From a phage: a stretch of 64,000 nucleotides of DNA. The translations under genes and the position numbers were made by a program. The notes beneath the pieces are model-generated. The model made no database searches, had not been told where the DNA came from, and saw only the letters and a list, made by a program, of their open reading frames with translations. Below, piece by piece: positions 55,046 to 64,000 of this stretch. Every line of letters begins with the position of its first letter. The first letter of the stretch is position 1. The stretch lies in NCBI GenBank assembly GCA_028909515.1, contig GCA_028909515.1_4811.1, one strand, 5' to 3'.

Positions 55046-57942
55046 TGTTTCCACAATTGAGAGTTCGCAGCGGTTACACGTTCAAAGAAGTTTATGGACG
55101 GCATCCTGAAATTATAGCACGGCTCAAAGAGTTGGGCTGCGAAGTCGCGGCATTAGTTGATAACAACACATGGGGTCACGTCCGCTGGGAAAAGGAATGC
55201 CAGAAAAATGATATTAAGCCTATGTTTGGGATGGAGATTCCAATCATCGACCCTGATGCGGACCCTAAAAAGGGATTCAAACCGAAGGCTTGGATATTGG
55301 CCCTTGACTTAAAATCTTTTTACAACGCTACGACACTTGCAACGCAGCGTGGTGGCCTTACCCGTGCAGAGTTCGGTGCGCTTGATGGCGTCGTTAAATT
55401 CTGTGGCGGTGCCGTTGAGCTGCTGCGGCCAGAGGACTACGATTATATAGACGTCAACCCATCATCGTTCCTTTTGGCTAAGCGCCAGGTGTTGGCTCAC
55501 CGCAGCAACGGAAGGCCGCTGGTTTTAACCGGATACAACCACATGCCTTCACCTAAGCACGTTGACTTTGCTTATGCTTGGGAAGTGCGCGACACGGTCA
55601 AGCCGCACTGCATCGTTGACGCGGAAGACTTGCGCAAACAGCTTAAAGGCATCTTGACTGAAGATGAGCTCAATCAGGCAACGGCCAATGCTGTTGACAT
55701 AGCAAACGGCATAGTCGGACTTGACCTGAAATTGCGTAAGGCACCGATTATTCACCTTGCTGGTGACATGGTAAAGCTTGCTCGCGAGGGGATGGAGTAT
55801 CGTCTCAAAGCAGGTCACATCAAAGAGTGGACTCAGGAATATGAGGACCGCTTCAACGAAGAAATTCACCAGATTCAGCTGAAAGATTTCGACTCATACT
55901 TTCTGGTAGTAGCGGACCTTGTACGATTCGCAAAAACAAAAATGCTCGTCGGGCCTGCTCGCGGCTCATCGGCTGGTTCACTTGTTTGCTATTGCCTCGG
56001 CATCACGGAAGTGGACCCAATCCCGTATAAGCTGCTGTTTGCCCGATTCATCGACGTAAGCCGCGCCGACCTTCCTGACATCGACATCGACTTTGAAGAT
56101 ACCAAACGCTACATGGTGTTTGATTATCTTAAAGAGAAATATGGCGAAATGAACGTTGCAAAGCTTGGCAACATCAACACGCTTAAGGCCAACTCAGTAA
56201 TGGCGCAGGTTGGTAAGAAGTTCAACATTGGATACCACGAAACGGCCAACATTAAAAACGCACTGCTTGAATACTCATCCGGTGACGCCCGTTATGGTCA
56301 CGGCCTGGAGGATACCTTTGCAACAACGACCACGGGCCAAGAGTTTGTGGCGAAATATCCTGACGCCGCGCGTTGCATGGGTGACCTTGAGATTCACCCG
56401 TCTCACACAGGTGTTCACGCAGCGGGAATCATTGTGTGTAATGACCCAATCTCTGATTACTGTACTGTAACTGCAGAAGGGATTGCGCAAATCGATAAGC
56501 CTGACAGCGAATACCTAAACCTTTTGAAGCTTGATGCGCTGGGCCTTCGTACTCTCGGAATCATTTCTGATACTGGCGTGATAGATGCTGAAACGCTGTA
56601 CGGAATCAAGCTTGATGACCAAAGCGTCCTTGACATCCTTAACGAAAACAAGATGTCAGGCATCTTCCAGTTTGAAGGCGACGCTGTACGCTCAGTAACC
56701 AACTTTGTGCACGTTGATAACTTTAACAAAATCGATAACCTGACAGCACTTGGCCGACCTGGCCCGTTGTCGTCCGGTATGGCCCAGAAATACATTGAAC
56801 GCGCGGCAGGACGTGCGCCGATTGAGTACGACGTGCCGCAGCTTGAGCCGTACTTAAAAGAGACTTACGGCGTGTTTCTTTACCAAGAGCAAATCATGGC
56901 CGTGGTTAAAGAGATTGGTTCATTTGACTGGGCGAAAACATCCGCTGTACGTAAGGCGATGTCAGGTCGTAAGGGTGAGGAATACTTTAACAAGCTTGGC
57001 GAAGACTTCGTTGCAGGAGCAATAAATAACGGCGTACCGGAAGCGGATGCAAGAAAGCTTTGGCAAGCGATGGCGACGTTCGGGTCATGGGGCTTTAACA
57101 AGTCACACTCCGTATCATACGCGGTCGTGACCTACTGGACCTTGTGGCTTAAGCGACACTACCCGTTGGAATTTGCCGCTGCTTGCTTACGCGCTGCTAA
57201 GGACGAAGACCAGACGATTGCGATATTACGTGAACTTGCGAAGGAAGGCGTGGATTATGTGCCAATCGACCCTGATCACTCTTCAATGAACTGGACCATC
57301 GCTAACGGAAAGCTAATCGGCGGCATCATGAACGCAAAAGGATATGGCATGGTGAAGGCAATGAAGTATATCGAAGCACGTGAAGCCGGAACCTTAACGC
57401 AAAAGCAAAAGGATGCATTGGCCAATGCTGAAGTCAAATACGGCGACCTTACAGAGATGCACACAAAGTTCGGATGGGCATATAATGACCCCTATCTGAT
57501 TGGCGTTACTTCCGGTGCTTCAATACGCCAGATGAAGGAAGTCGGCGATGACGAGCGTGCAATAGTGATCGGCAAGTTGACCAAGAAAGTGCTGGCTGAC
57601 GAGAACGAAGCGACACGCATCCGTAAACGTCTTGAGCGCGGCATTTATACAAAGCACGGCAAACTTAAAAAGGGTCTTCAAGCTGATGGCCGCTACGCAG
57701 AGTTTGACCAGTATGGAAACAAGCTTGAGACTCAGTTCATTGACCTTATGTGCAAGGACGATTCGACCGACTCGCCAATGCGCTTCAGGATTCGTCCAGA
57801 GAAGTTCCAGAAATACGGGAAATACATTGCAGAGAACGTCGGGAACGGCGCATTCTTCCTGATGAAAGGCCGCAAACTTGAAGGCATTGACATGTTCATC
57901 GTCGACGTTATCAAACAGGTGTATCCAGATGGCAACAAATAA
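55045..57942 (+). CDS. DNA polymerase III alpha-like (DnaE family) replicative polymerase
   Basis: 965 aa. Catalytic LPDIDIDFED and SYAVVTYWTLWLKRHYPLEFAAACL. N-terminus QLRVRSGYT sits where PHP domains carry a His-x-His metal site. Confidence 0.8.
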   Translation: MFPQLRVRSGYTFKEVYGRHPEIIARLKELGCEVAALVDNNTWGHVRWEKECQKNDIKPMFGMEIPIIDPDADPKKGFKPKAWILALDLKSFYNATTLATQRGGLTRAEFGALDGVVKFCGGAVELLRPEDYDYIDVNPSSFLLAKRQVLAHRSNGRPLVLTGYNHMPSPKHVDFAYAWEVRDTVKPHCIVDAEDLRKQLKGILTEDELNQATANAVDIANGIVGLDLKLRKAPIIHLAGDMVKLAREGMEYRLKAGHIKEWTQEYEDRFNEEIHQIQLKDFDSYFLVVADLVRFAKTKMLVGPARGSSAGSLVCYCLGITEVDPIPYKLLFARFIDVSRADLPDIDIDFEDTKRYMVFDYLKEKYGEMNVAKLGNINTLKANSVMAQVGKKFNIGYHETANIKNALLEYSSGDARYGHGLEDTFATTTTGQEFVAKYPDAARCMGDLEIHPSHTGVHAAGIIVCNDPISDYCTVTAEGIAQIDKPDSEYLNLLKLDALGLRTLGIISDTGVIDAETLYGIKLDDQSVLDILNENKMSGIFQFEGDAVRSVTNFVHVDNFNKIDNLTALGRPGPLSSGMAQKYIERAAGRAPIEYDVPQLEPYLKETYGVFLYQEQIMAVVKEIGSFDWAKTSAVRKAMSGRKGEEYFNKLGEDFVAGAINNGVPEADARKLWQAMATFGSWGFNKSHSVSYAVVTYWTLWLKRHYPLEFAAACLRAAKDEDQTIAILRELAKEGVDYVPIDPDHSSMNWTIANGKLIGGIMNAKGYGMVKAMKYIEAREAGTLTQKQKDALANAEVKYGDLTEMHTKFGWAYNDPYLIGVTSGASIRQMKEVGDDERAIVIGKLTKKVLADENEATRIRKRLERGIYTKHGKLKKGLQADGRYAEFDQYGNKLETQFIDLMCKDDSTDSPMRFRIRPEKFQKYGKYIAENVGNGAFFLMKGRKLEGIDMFIVDVIKQVYPDGNK

Positions 57943-58351
57943 CCGTGAACAGAAATACATATTCGTGCCTTTGAAGAAGCATTCAGAATCAATCTTGAAG
58001 CTTCAAAGAATCGAATCAATGACGGGTGATGGTGTGCCGGACGTAATCGGCACCAACCGGAAAGGGCGCGGCTTTTGGCTTGAAATGAAGTTCTTTGAAT
58101 CGTGGCCTGCAAGGGCCACCACTCTTCCTTTCAAGAGCGCATTTGAGAAAGGTCAACAAAGCTTTTTGACTTCTTGGAGTGATTGGAAATTCTCGTCATT
58201 CGTGTTGCTGAAGGTGGACTCTGAAAAGGCTTATTATTTAGTTCACCCTTCATTGCGATTAAAAGAATATACTAAGCATGAGATTCTGGCTATGGTCGCC
58301 GCGAGCGGGTCCATCCATCACATCATCAAGTATTTAGAGGAATTGTCATGA
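57929..58351 (+). CDS. VRR-NUC-like nuclease
   Basis: ATG MATNNREQ overlaps the polymerase 3' end. Motif GVPDVIGTNRKGRGFWLEMKF resembles a PD-(D/E)xK site. Confidence 0.5.
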   Translation: MATNNREQKYIFVPLKKHSESILKLQRIESMTGDGVPDVIGTNRKGRGFWLEMKFFESWPARATTLPFKSAFEKGQQSFLTSWSDWKFSSFVLLKVDSEKAYYLVHPSLRLKEYTKHEILAMVAASGSIHHIIKYLEELS

Positions 58352-59871
58352 AAACACAAGGGATGCGCCACCAGCTTCTGGCGCTTGATAAAGCAGGCCG
58401 CAGAAAATACTTTGCCTATTTCATGGAACAGGGTCTTGGTAAAACTTGGACCGCTTTGGCAGAGTTTGAAAAGCACTTCACTGCTGGCGCGTTCGATGCC
58501 ATGGTCGTCATCGCTCCAAACGGTGTCCACTCCAACTGGATTCGTCGTGAAGCACCAGAACACCTTTCCATCAAGTGGATTGGGCACTACTGGCGCGGCA
58601 ACGACAAGATGAAGACTAAAAAGGGCAAGGTGCTTTGGGAGAAGATGTTTGCTGATCACTACCCTGAAGGCGAAGTGCCTGCGCGCATCTTCTCATTCAA
58701 CATCGATACCGTCAACACACCAGTAGGTTATCAACACATCGAGTCGGTCTTGAAGAAATACCGCTGCCTGATGATCATTGATGAATCGACTCGCATCAAA
58801 AATAACACAGCAAAACGCTCCATCAAGGTCGTGGAATTGGGTCGGCTGGCAAAGGCCCGTCGAATCCTTTCTGGCACGCCGCTGCCGCGCTCGCCTGCGG
58901 ATATTTACATGCAATATCACTTCCTTGAAGCAGGCTTGCTCGGCACCAAATCTTTCCGCGCCTTCAACTCTGAATTCACTGTGCTACTTGAAGCGCACGA
59001 CCCAGAAATGCAAGCCATCCTCAAGAAAATCGGCGGCAATGGCTATGGGATTCCGCAAGTGCCGCGCAAAGACCAGTTTGGCCGACCGATGTACAAAAAC
59101 CTTGACAAGCTTATCCGGCTGATGGAACCGCACTATTTTCGTGCGACAAAAGCGGAATACTTGCCTGACCTTCCAGAGAAGGTGTATAAGTTTATCGACT
59201 TCGAGCTGTCGCCTAAACAACGCGATGTCTACGATGAACTCAAGAATGAGTACAACTATTTGATGGAATACAAGGGCGAAGAAGAAAACGTTAAGTTTGA
59301 GATGATCGCATCTCGCACTAAGATGAAGCAGGTTACATCAGGCTTTGTTAAGGTGTATGATGAGATGGTCTACATGGAAGACAACCCACGATTCACGGCC
59401 TTTAAGGACTATGTGGAAGGGGTGCTGGAAGACGACCCAGAGCGCAAATTCATTGTTTGGGCCATCTTTAAGGAAGAGATGAACCAGATTAAGGATTGGC
59501 TTGAGTCTGAAGGAGTGGTCACTGGTGTATATAACGGTGAGACGTCAAAAGAGCAGCGTGAGTTCTTGATTGATGACTTCCAGAAGAACACAGTCGAGAA
59601 CGGTGGGACGCAAGTGCTTGTTTGTCACGCTGCAGCGGCAGGAATCGGTATCACGCTTACCGCCGCCGACTTGGCAATCTATTATTCTTGCAACTATGAC
59701 AACGAGTTGCGCAAGCAATCTGAAGACCGAAATCACCGAATCGGCACAAAATCAAGCGTGTTGTATGTTGATTTTATTGGTGTTGATACCATCGACGAAG
59801 AAATTCAGCGTTCATTAAGTATGAAGTCTATGCTTGCTGATCACATCCTCGACGGCAAAAAGATGAATTAA
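58348..59871 (+). CDS. SNF2-family helicase
   Basis: 507 aa. Motif I MEQGLGKTWTAL, motif II MIIDESTRIKN, C-terminal block QSEDRNHRIGTKSSV. Confidence 0.8.
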   Translation: MKTQGMRHQLLALDKAGRRKYFAYFMEQGLGKTWTALAEFEKHFTAGAFDAMVVIAPNGVHSNWIRREAPEHLSIKWIGHYWRGNDKMKTKKGKVLWEKMFADHYPEGEVPARIFSFNIDTVNTPVGYQHIESVLKKYRCLMIIDESTRIKNNTAKRSIKVVELGRLAKARRILSGTPLPRSPADIYMQYHFLEAGLLGTKSFRAFNSEFTVLLEAHDPEMQAILKKIGGNGYGIPQVPRKDQFGRPMYKNLDKLIRLMEPHYFRATKAEYLPDLPEKVYKFIDFELSPKQRDVYDELKNEYNYLMEYKGEEENVKFEMIASRTKMKQVTSGFVKVYDEMVYMEDNPRFTAFKDYVEGVLEDDPERKFIVWAIFKEEMNQIKDWLESEGVVTGVYNGETSKEQREFLIDDFQKNTVENGGTQVLVCHAAAAGIGITLTAADLAIYYSCNYDNELRKQSEDRNHRIGTKSSVLYVDFIGVDTIDEEIQRSLSMKSMLADHILDGKKMN

Positions 59872-59884
59872 TATCAAAAATAAT

Positions 59885-59930
59885 TTGACTTGTCACGGAA
59901 GATGAGTCATAATTACTTCATCGAAACGAA
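59885..59930 (+). promoter_or_regulatory. Sigma70-like promoter with a conserved leader
   Basis: TTGACT, 17 nt spacer, CATAAT, then leader TACTTCATCGAAACGAAACAG, nearly identical to the leader at 53081. Confidence 0.5.
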
Positions 59931-59945
59931 ACAGAGGAATACAAA

Positions 59946-60209
59946 ATGGTACGCATCCTTGAACGTTACAAAAATGAAGCTACTGGTGCAATCGCTTTCA
60001 AACGTCTTTTGGTCAAAGAAATTGACGGGATGTTCCGCGTTGTTAAAGAGTTTGATTATGGCAACGGTGCTGGGGTGAATACCGTTATTATGCCTGGCAT
60101 CAAGGCATATAAAACATTGAAAGGCGCTGAGAAGGCTTTGGCGGCTTGGAAACCTGAACGTTATCAAATGACCCGTGTTGAAGGGCTAATGCAAGAAGGT
60201 AAAATATGA
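59946..60209 (+). CDS. Hypothetical protein
   Basis: 87 aa ORF. Confidence 0.4.
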   Translation: MVRILERYKNEATGAIAFKRLLVKEIDGMFRVVKEFDYGNGAGVNTVIMPGIKAYKTLKGAEKALAAWKPERYQMTRVEGLMQEGKI

Positions 60210-60763
60210 GCAATATTAATTGGGAAGATGATTTGCCGCAGGTCGCTCCTGAGAGCATTCAAGAGCGCCTTGCGCGCTTAGTATCTGAACTGGCAGAACG
60301 CCAAGAAGCTTTGACAGAGCTTGAAGATGAAGCTGATATGCAAAAGCAGCGAATCAGTGAAATCAAAACTGTTCTGCTTCCTGGCGTTATGGATGAGCTT
60401 GGCGTGTCCGAAATCAAGCTTGAGGACAAGACCAAAATCAAGGTCGAGTCCAAGGTGAACGCTTCAATCAAGAAAGAAAACGAATTAAAAGTTTTCGATT
60501 GGCTTGTCAACAACGGTTACGGCGGCTTGATCAAGTCCAGCGTCACGGCTGAGTTCGGTCGCGAAGAAATCGAACAGGCGCAAGAGATTGTTGCCGCGCT
60601 GCGTGAAGATGGTGTTGAAGCCACGTTGAAACAAGGCGTTCATTCTGCTACACTGAAGTCGTTTGTAAAAGAACAGCTGGAAGCGGGCAATCCAGTTAGT
60701 GAAGATATTAGCGTTTTTGAATACAAAGAAGCTAAAATAACCTTGCCTAAAAGCAAAAAGTAA
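60206..60763 (+). CDS. Hypothetical acidic protein
   Basis: 185 aa. Acidic, helix-like N-terminal region. Confidence 0.4.
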   Translation: MSNINWEDDLPQVAPESIQERLARLVSELAERQEALTELEDEADMQKQRISEIKTVLLPGVMDELGVSEIKLEDKTKIKVESKVNASIKKENELKVFDWLVNNGYGGLIKSSVTAEFGREEIEQAQEIVAALREDGVEATLKQGVHSATLKSFVKEQLEAGNPVSEDISVFEYKEAKITLPKSKK

Positions 60764-60822
60764 TTTAACCTTTATCTTGAAATCAGGTTGCCACGAAACT
60801 TGATACTATAGGAAAATATCAA

Positions 60823-61683
60823 ATGTCTAAGAAAGAAACCACCGAAGTTGCAGTGAAAAACACCCAGATGTCCGCTATGGCTGATTTTGTCGACATGACC
60901 GATTTTGGCGCTGGTTTTGAAGGTGCCGATGCCGATGCGTATGCCATTCCTTTTATCGTCGTACTGCAGAAGATGTCTCCTATGGTCGACGAAGATGATC
61001 CGAAACACGTTCCTGGCGCAAAAGCTGGCATGCTTTACAACACCGTTACTGGTGAGTTGTATGACGGCAAGAAAGGCGTGCAGATCATCCCTTGCGCATT
61101 CAAACGCACCTTCATTCTTTGGGGCGGTCGCGAGTCCGACGATAAAGGCTTTAAAGGTGAATTCACCAAAGAGCACGTTGATGCAGAAGTCGCGGCAGGC
61201 CGCGCTGTTGAGATCAACGGTAAGGTATTCGTGCCGGACGAAAACGGCAAGGTGCACGAGAAGAAATCTCCTTACTACGCAGATACACGCAACCACTTCG
61301 TAATTCTGTTGAACGAAGAAACTGGTGAATTTGGTAGCGCAATGCTGTCTCTGACTTCTTCCATGATCAAGCCGTCTCGCATGCTGATGACCGCCCTGCA
61401 GCAGAAGAAAGTTCAGACTCCGCAGGGTCTGAAAACGCCGCCGACCTTTATGAACATTGTTCGCATGGGTACTGCATCCCAGTCCAAAGACGGCAATACA
61501 TGGTCTGTTCTGAAGTTTGAGCTGGAAGGTCTGGTGCAGGACAAAGGTCTGTACGAAGTCGCCAAGGCATTCCACAACGACGTAGTTGGCGGTAACGTTA
61601 ACATCGACCGCAGCAAGCAGGAAGAAGCAAGCGGTGCCGCTGGTCCTGTCAATGAAACTCCGACCGACGCAGAAGAGTTTTAA
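60823..61683 (+). CDS. ssDNA-binding protein-like (acidic C-terminal tail ending in Phe)
   Basis: 286 aa. C-terminus ETPTDAEEF resembles SSB interaction tails. No OB-fold verified. Confidence 0.4.
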   Translation: MSKKETTEVAVKNTQMSAMADFVDMTDFGAGFEGADADAYAIPFIVVLQKMSPMVDEDDPKHVPGAKAGMLYNTVTGELYDGKKGVQIIPCAFKRTFILWGGRESDDKGFKGEFTKEHVDAEVAAGRAVEINGKVFVPDENGKVHEKKSPYYADTRNHFVILLNEETGEFGSAMLSLTSSMIKPSRMLMTALQQKKVQTPQGLKTPPTFMNIVRMGTASQSKDGNTWSVLKFELEGLVQDKGLYEVAKAFHNDVVGGNVNIDRSKQEEASGAAGPVNETPTDAEEF

Positions 61684-61702
61684 TCGACAATCAAATCAAC
61701 AA

Positions 61703-61728
61703 GGCTGCCGTTTGGCGGCCTTTTATTT
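61703..61728 (+). terminator. Rho-independent terminator
   Basis: GGCTGCC, GTTT loop, GGCGGCC (one G-U pair), then TTTTATTT. Confidence 0.55.
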
Positions 61729-61740
61729 ATCTGGTGCATC

Positions 61741-62256
61741 ATGATAGAAAGAATTGTACCGCTCCTGAAGATTCTGGCCCTTGTTGGCGCGTTTGCCGCT
61801 GGATCATACGTTGAAGACCTGCAGCAAACCAACGCATCACTGGCCAAGGATAATCAATATCTGACATCGCTTAATGAGCGTAAGGACAAGATAAATGCAC
61901 TCGAAGAGCAAATTGCAACTTTACAGGTTGAATCGGCATCGGCATATGAGAAGGGTCGCCAGGAAGCGCAACTGGTTGCTGATGACACTATTGCTCGTTA
62001 CAAGTCTGGGAATGTCAAGTTGCGCGAGCAACTCAGCTGCTCCCGTGAGTTACTCAGGAGTGTGCCCGACTCTGCGACCACTGGACGCCTCTCTATCCCA
62101 GAAGGAAACTGTGGACTATCAGAAGAGGATGTCAGATTTCTTGTTCAGTTCGCCGCAGAAACAAATCGATTAAAAGAGAAAGTTAATAGCTTGATTGATA
62201 CTTATAATCAGGCTAAAATAAAAATCGATCAATTCAATGCATCAAAGGAAAAATAA
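61741..62256 (+). CDS. Inner-membrane spanin (Rz-like)
   Basis: 171 aa. N-terminal transmembrane segment LLKILALVGAFAAG, then a coiled-coil-like domain with one Cys. A lipoprotein ORF is embedded in the +1 frame. Confidence 0.55.
   Translation: MIERIVPLLKILALVGAFAAGSYVEDLQQTNASLAKDNQYLTSLNERKDKINALEEQIATLQVESASAYEKGRQEAQLVADDTIARYKSGNVKLREQLSCSRELLRSVPDSATTGRLSIPEGNCGLSEEDVRFLVQFAAETNRLKEKVNSLIDTYNQAKIKIDQFNASKEK
61895..62173 (+). CDS. Outer-membrane spanin (Rz1-like lipoprotein), embedded in the Rz-like gene
   Basis: ORF lies wholly inside 61741-62256 in another frame. Hydrophobic stretch then Cys (LLLVTSLGMSSC), Pro-containing mature part. True start uncertain. Confidence 0.4.
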   Translation: MHSKSKLQLYRLNRHRHMRRVARKRNWLLMTLLLVTSLGMSSCASNSAAPVSYSGVCPTLRPLDASLSQKETVDYQKRMSDFLFSSPQKQID

Positions 62257-62880
62257 ATGAAACAGATTTATGCAAACATTCGCCAGTGGGCTTCTGACCG
62301 TAACATCATCCAAGGTTGCGACCTTAAGGACCAATACCCGAAGCTTATCAGCGAGTTTGGGGAGTTAACCGACCACGTTGATCAACTCCATGACCTTGTG
62401 TTCTTCGACCCTGAAATTGGATATACAGAGCAGGCCATCTGTGACTTGCAAGCTGCAATCAAGGACGACATTGGCGATTGTCTTGTTGTGTTGACCATCC
62501 TGGCGGCGCAAAACGGTACTGAAATCGAAAACATTAATGGCGGCGGTTGTGCTGATAAAGGCGCTCACCCTCATTCATTCATCCTTCGCCTGGCAAAGAC
62601 CCTTGGACGGCTTGGTGATGCTATTGCTAAGAATCAGACCATGGATATTGACGTCACCATCATGGCCGCAGTCGATTACCTTTCCGGCGTAGCTCATGAT
62701 TATGGCCTTCGCTTATCCGACTGTGCGCAAGCGGCCTACGAAGACATCAAGGACCGCAAAGGTGTCATGTACAACGGAACGTTCATCAAATCTACTGATC
62801 CAGCTTATGAGCACTCCTGCAAAATGGTAAAGAAGCTGGAACTTGAAGACCGTGTGATCAGAGAAGTTACAGGACAATAA
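62257..62880 (+). CDS. MazG-like nucleotide pyrophosphohydrolase (putative)
   Basis: 207 aa. Motifs KLISEFGEL and DDIGDCLVVL. Weak assignment. Confidence 0.45.
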   Translation: MKQIYANIRQWASDRNIIQGCDLKDQYPKLISEFGELTDHVDQLHDLVFFDPEIGYTEQAICDLQAAIKDDIGDCLVVLTILAAQNGTEIENINGGGCADKGAHPHSFILRLAKTLGRLGDAIAKNQTMDIDVTIMAAVDYLSGVAHDYGLRLSDCAQAAYEDIKDRKGVMYNGTFIKSTDPAYEHSCKMVKKLELEDRVIREVTGQ

Positions 62881-62882
62881 TT

Positions 62883-63845
62883 ATGACAGCATTAAAACCA
62901 ATGAAGGGTTGCCAACGTAAGCAGATTATCGAGCGCGGCGAGGACGTGCCGCTGCCTTGCGGACTGTCATTCAAGGTCGATGGCATACGTGCAATGGCGT
63001 ATGACAACTTGCCAATGGGCACTTCCGGCATGCCGTTGCGCAACGTTCAAATCAAAAAAGAGTTCCTCTTTTTGGGTGAACTAATTCACGGACTTGATGG
63101 AGAGCTAATCGACGGAAATCCAAATGATAAGAACGTCATGCAACAGGCCTATACTGCATGCATGAATACTGATGCAATCACTAACTTTACATGGTGGGTG
63201 TTTGATGACTTCAGCGACCCTGATCTGCCTTTTGAAAAGCGTTATGCAAACTATCGAGCTAGAGTTGCTGAAGTTAATCAGCATCTCATCAACCATGGTC
63301 GACGCCCATTCCTTCGCGCTCTCGAATATCGAAACATCGAAAATATGGAACAGTACGCGGCGATGCAAATCGAAGCAGACCAGCTTGGATATGAAGGCTT
63401 GTATGGCAAGTCTTGGACGGGCAAATATAAGCATGGCCGCGCGACGCCGAAGTCACGTGATGTGTGGAAGGACAAGCCGTGGACCGATGAAGAAGGGTTG
63501 ATCATAGACTTCGTTGAGATGATGGAGAACAACAACGAAGCATTCATTGACGAATTGGGTCGCACCAAGCGTTCAAAAGAGGCTGAAGGTTTAGTTGCGA
63601 AAGGATACCTTGGCTCATTCGTAGTCGTCAATCCAAAATATGTGGATGAGAAAGGTGAAATGATTCCTTTCCGCGTCTCCGCTGGTTCAATGCCTATGGC
63701 AGAGCGTAAAATGCTTTGGGAGAATCGCGAGAACTATCGCGATAAATACCTAACGTATAAATTCTTTAACTTTGGCATCGTCGACGTGCCGCGCTCTGCT
63801 TTGTATAAATGCTTCCGTGATATTACCGATATGGAGTATTTTTAA
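62883..63845 (+). CDS. ATP-dependent DNA ligase
   Basis: 320 aa. Adenylation motif I FKVDGIR, motif III FLGELIHGLDGEL, motif IV EGLII, motif V WKDKPW. Confidence 0.75.
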   Translation: MTALKPMKGCQRKQIIERGEDVPLPCGLSFKVDGIRAMAYDNLPMGTSGMPLRNVQIKKEFLFLGELIHGLDGELIDGNPNDKNVMQQAYTACMNTDAITNFTWWVFDDFSDPDLPFEKRYANYRARVAEVNQHLINHGRRPFLRALEYRNIENMEQYAAMQIEADQLGYEGLYGKSWTGKYKHGRATPKSRDVWKDKPWTDEEGLIIDFVEMMENNNEAFIDELGRTKRSKEAEGLVAKGYLGSFVVVNPKYVDEKGEMIPFRVSAGSMPMAERKMLWENRENYRDKYLTYKFFNFGIVDVPRSALYKCFRDITDMEYF

Positions 63846-63919
63846 GACACTAGATAAATAATTGATGCGGATAATCTATCGCGTCGTTTTATAGAATTTA
63901 ATATACAGTGTATACATAA

Positions 63920-63945
63920 AGCCGGAAATCTCCGGCTTTTCTTTT
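63920..63945 (+). terminator. Rho-independent terminator
   Basis: AGCCGGA, AATC loop, TCCGGCT, then TTTTCTTTTATTT. Confidence 0.65.
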
Positions 63946-64000
63946 ATTTACCTTTCGCCTTATTTACTTTCAAAACCTTCGGCCTATACTATTAATATTC

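Noticed and set aside
1-64000. Integrated prophage or mobile element boundaries (integrase, attachment-site repeats, transposase)
   Set aside because: No recombinase or transposase motif was seen in any ORF, and the flanks at both window ends are phage genes.

Overview
The window reads as part of a tailed dsDNA bacteriophage genome, with no integrase, transposase or host housekeeping genes. Host type (Gram-negative, enterobacterium-like) is inferred only from sigma70-like promoters, Shine-Dalgarno sites and an embedded spanin pair. All homology calls are from motifs read by eye; no database search was run. Layout: (1) 1-24.7 kb, minus-strand late module: baseplate proteins, tape measure with a lytic transglycosylase domain, two tail-tube paralogs, sheath-like protein, connector proteins, major capsid, scaffold/protease, a fiber-repeat protein, MuF-like protein, portal with a pyrophosphatase-like C-terminus, and large terminase. 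Two plus-strand moron genes sit between portal and terminase. (2) 24.9-30 kb, plus-strand operon: small membrane proteins and a tail fiber with a C-terminal S74 chaperone domain. (3) 30-34.5 kb, low-coding-density island with unusual CpG-rich codon usage: three paralogous small acidic genes with near-identical promoters, two of them with a covarying leader hairpin, plus several repeat arrays. This is my best candidate for an undescribed system. (4) 33-47 kb, minus-strand early block of small ORFans ending in a primase-like protein and a P-loop helicase. (5) 47.2-63.8 kb, plus-strand DNA metabolism module: Dda-like helicase, an ER/K-rich charged protein, a flavoprotein, a ThyX-like protein with RHR changed to RTR, HAD phosphatase fusion, SDR, DnaQ-like exonuclease, DnaE-like polymerase with a degenerate PHP motif, VRR-NUC, SNF2 helicase, SSB-like protein, spanins, MazG-like protein and DNA ligase. 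No rRNA, tRNA or CRISPR array was recognised by eye. Coordinates refined by hand may be off by 1; in two places (near 38280 and 38580) my reading of the sequence was out of register with the ORF track by one base.
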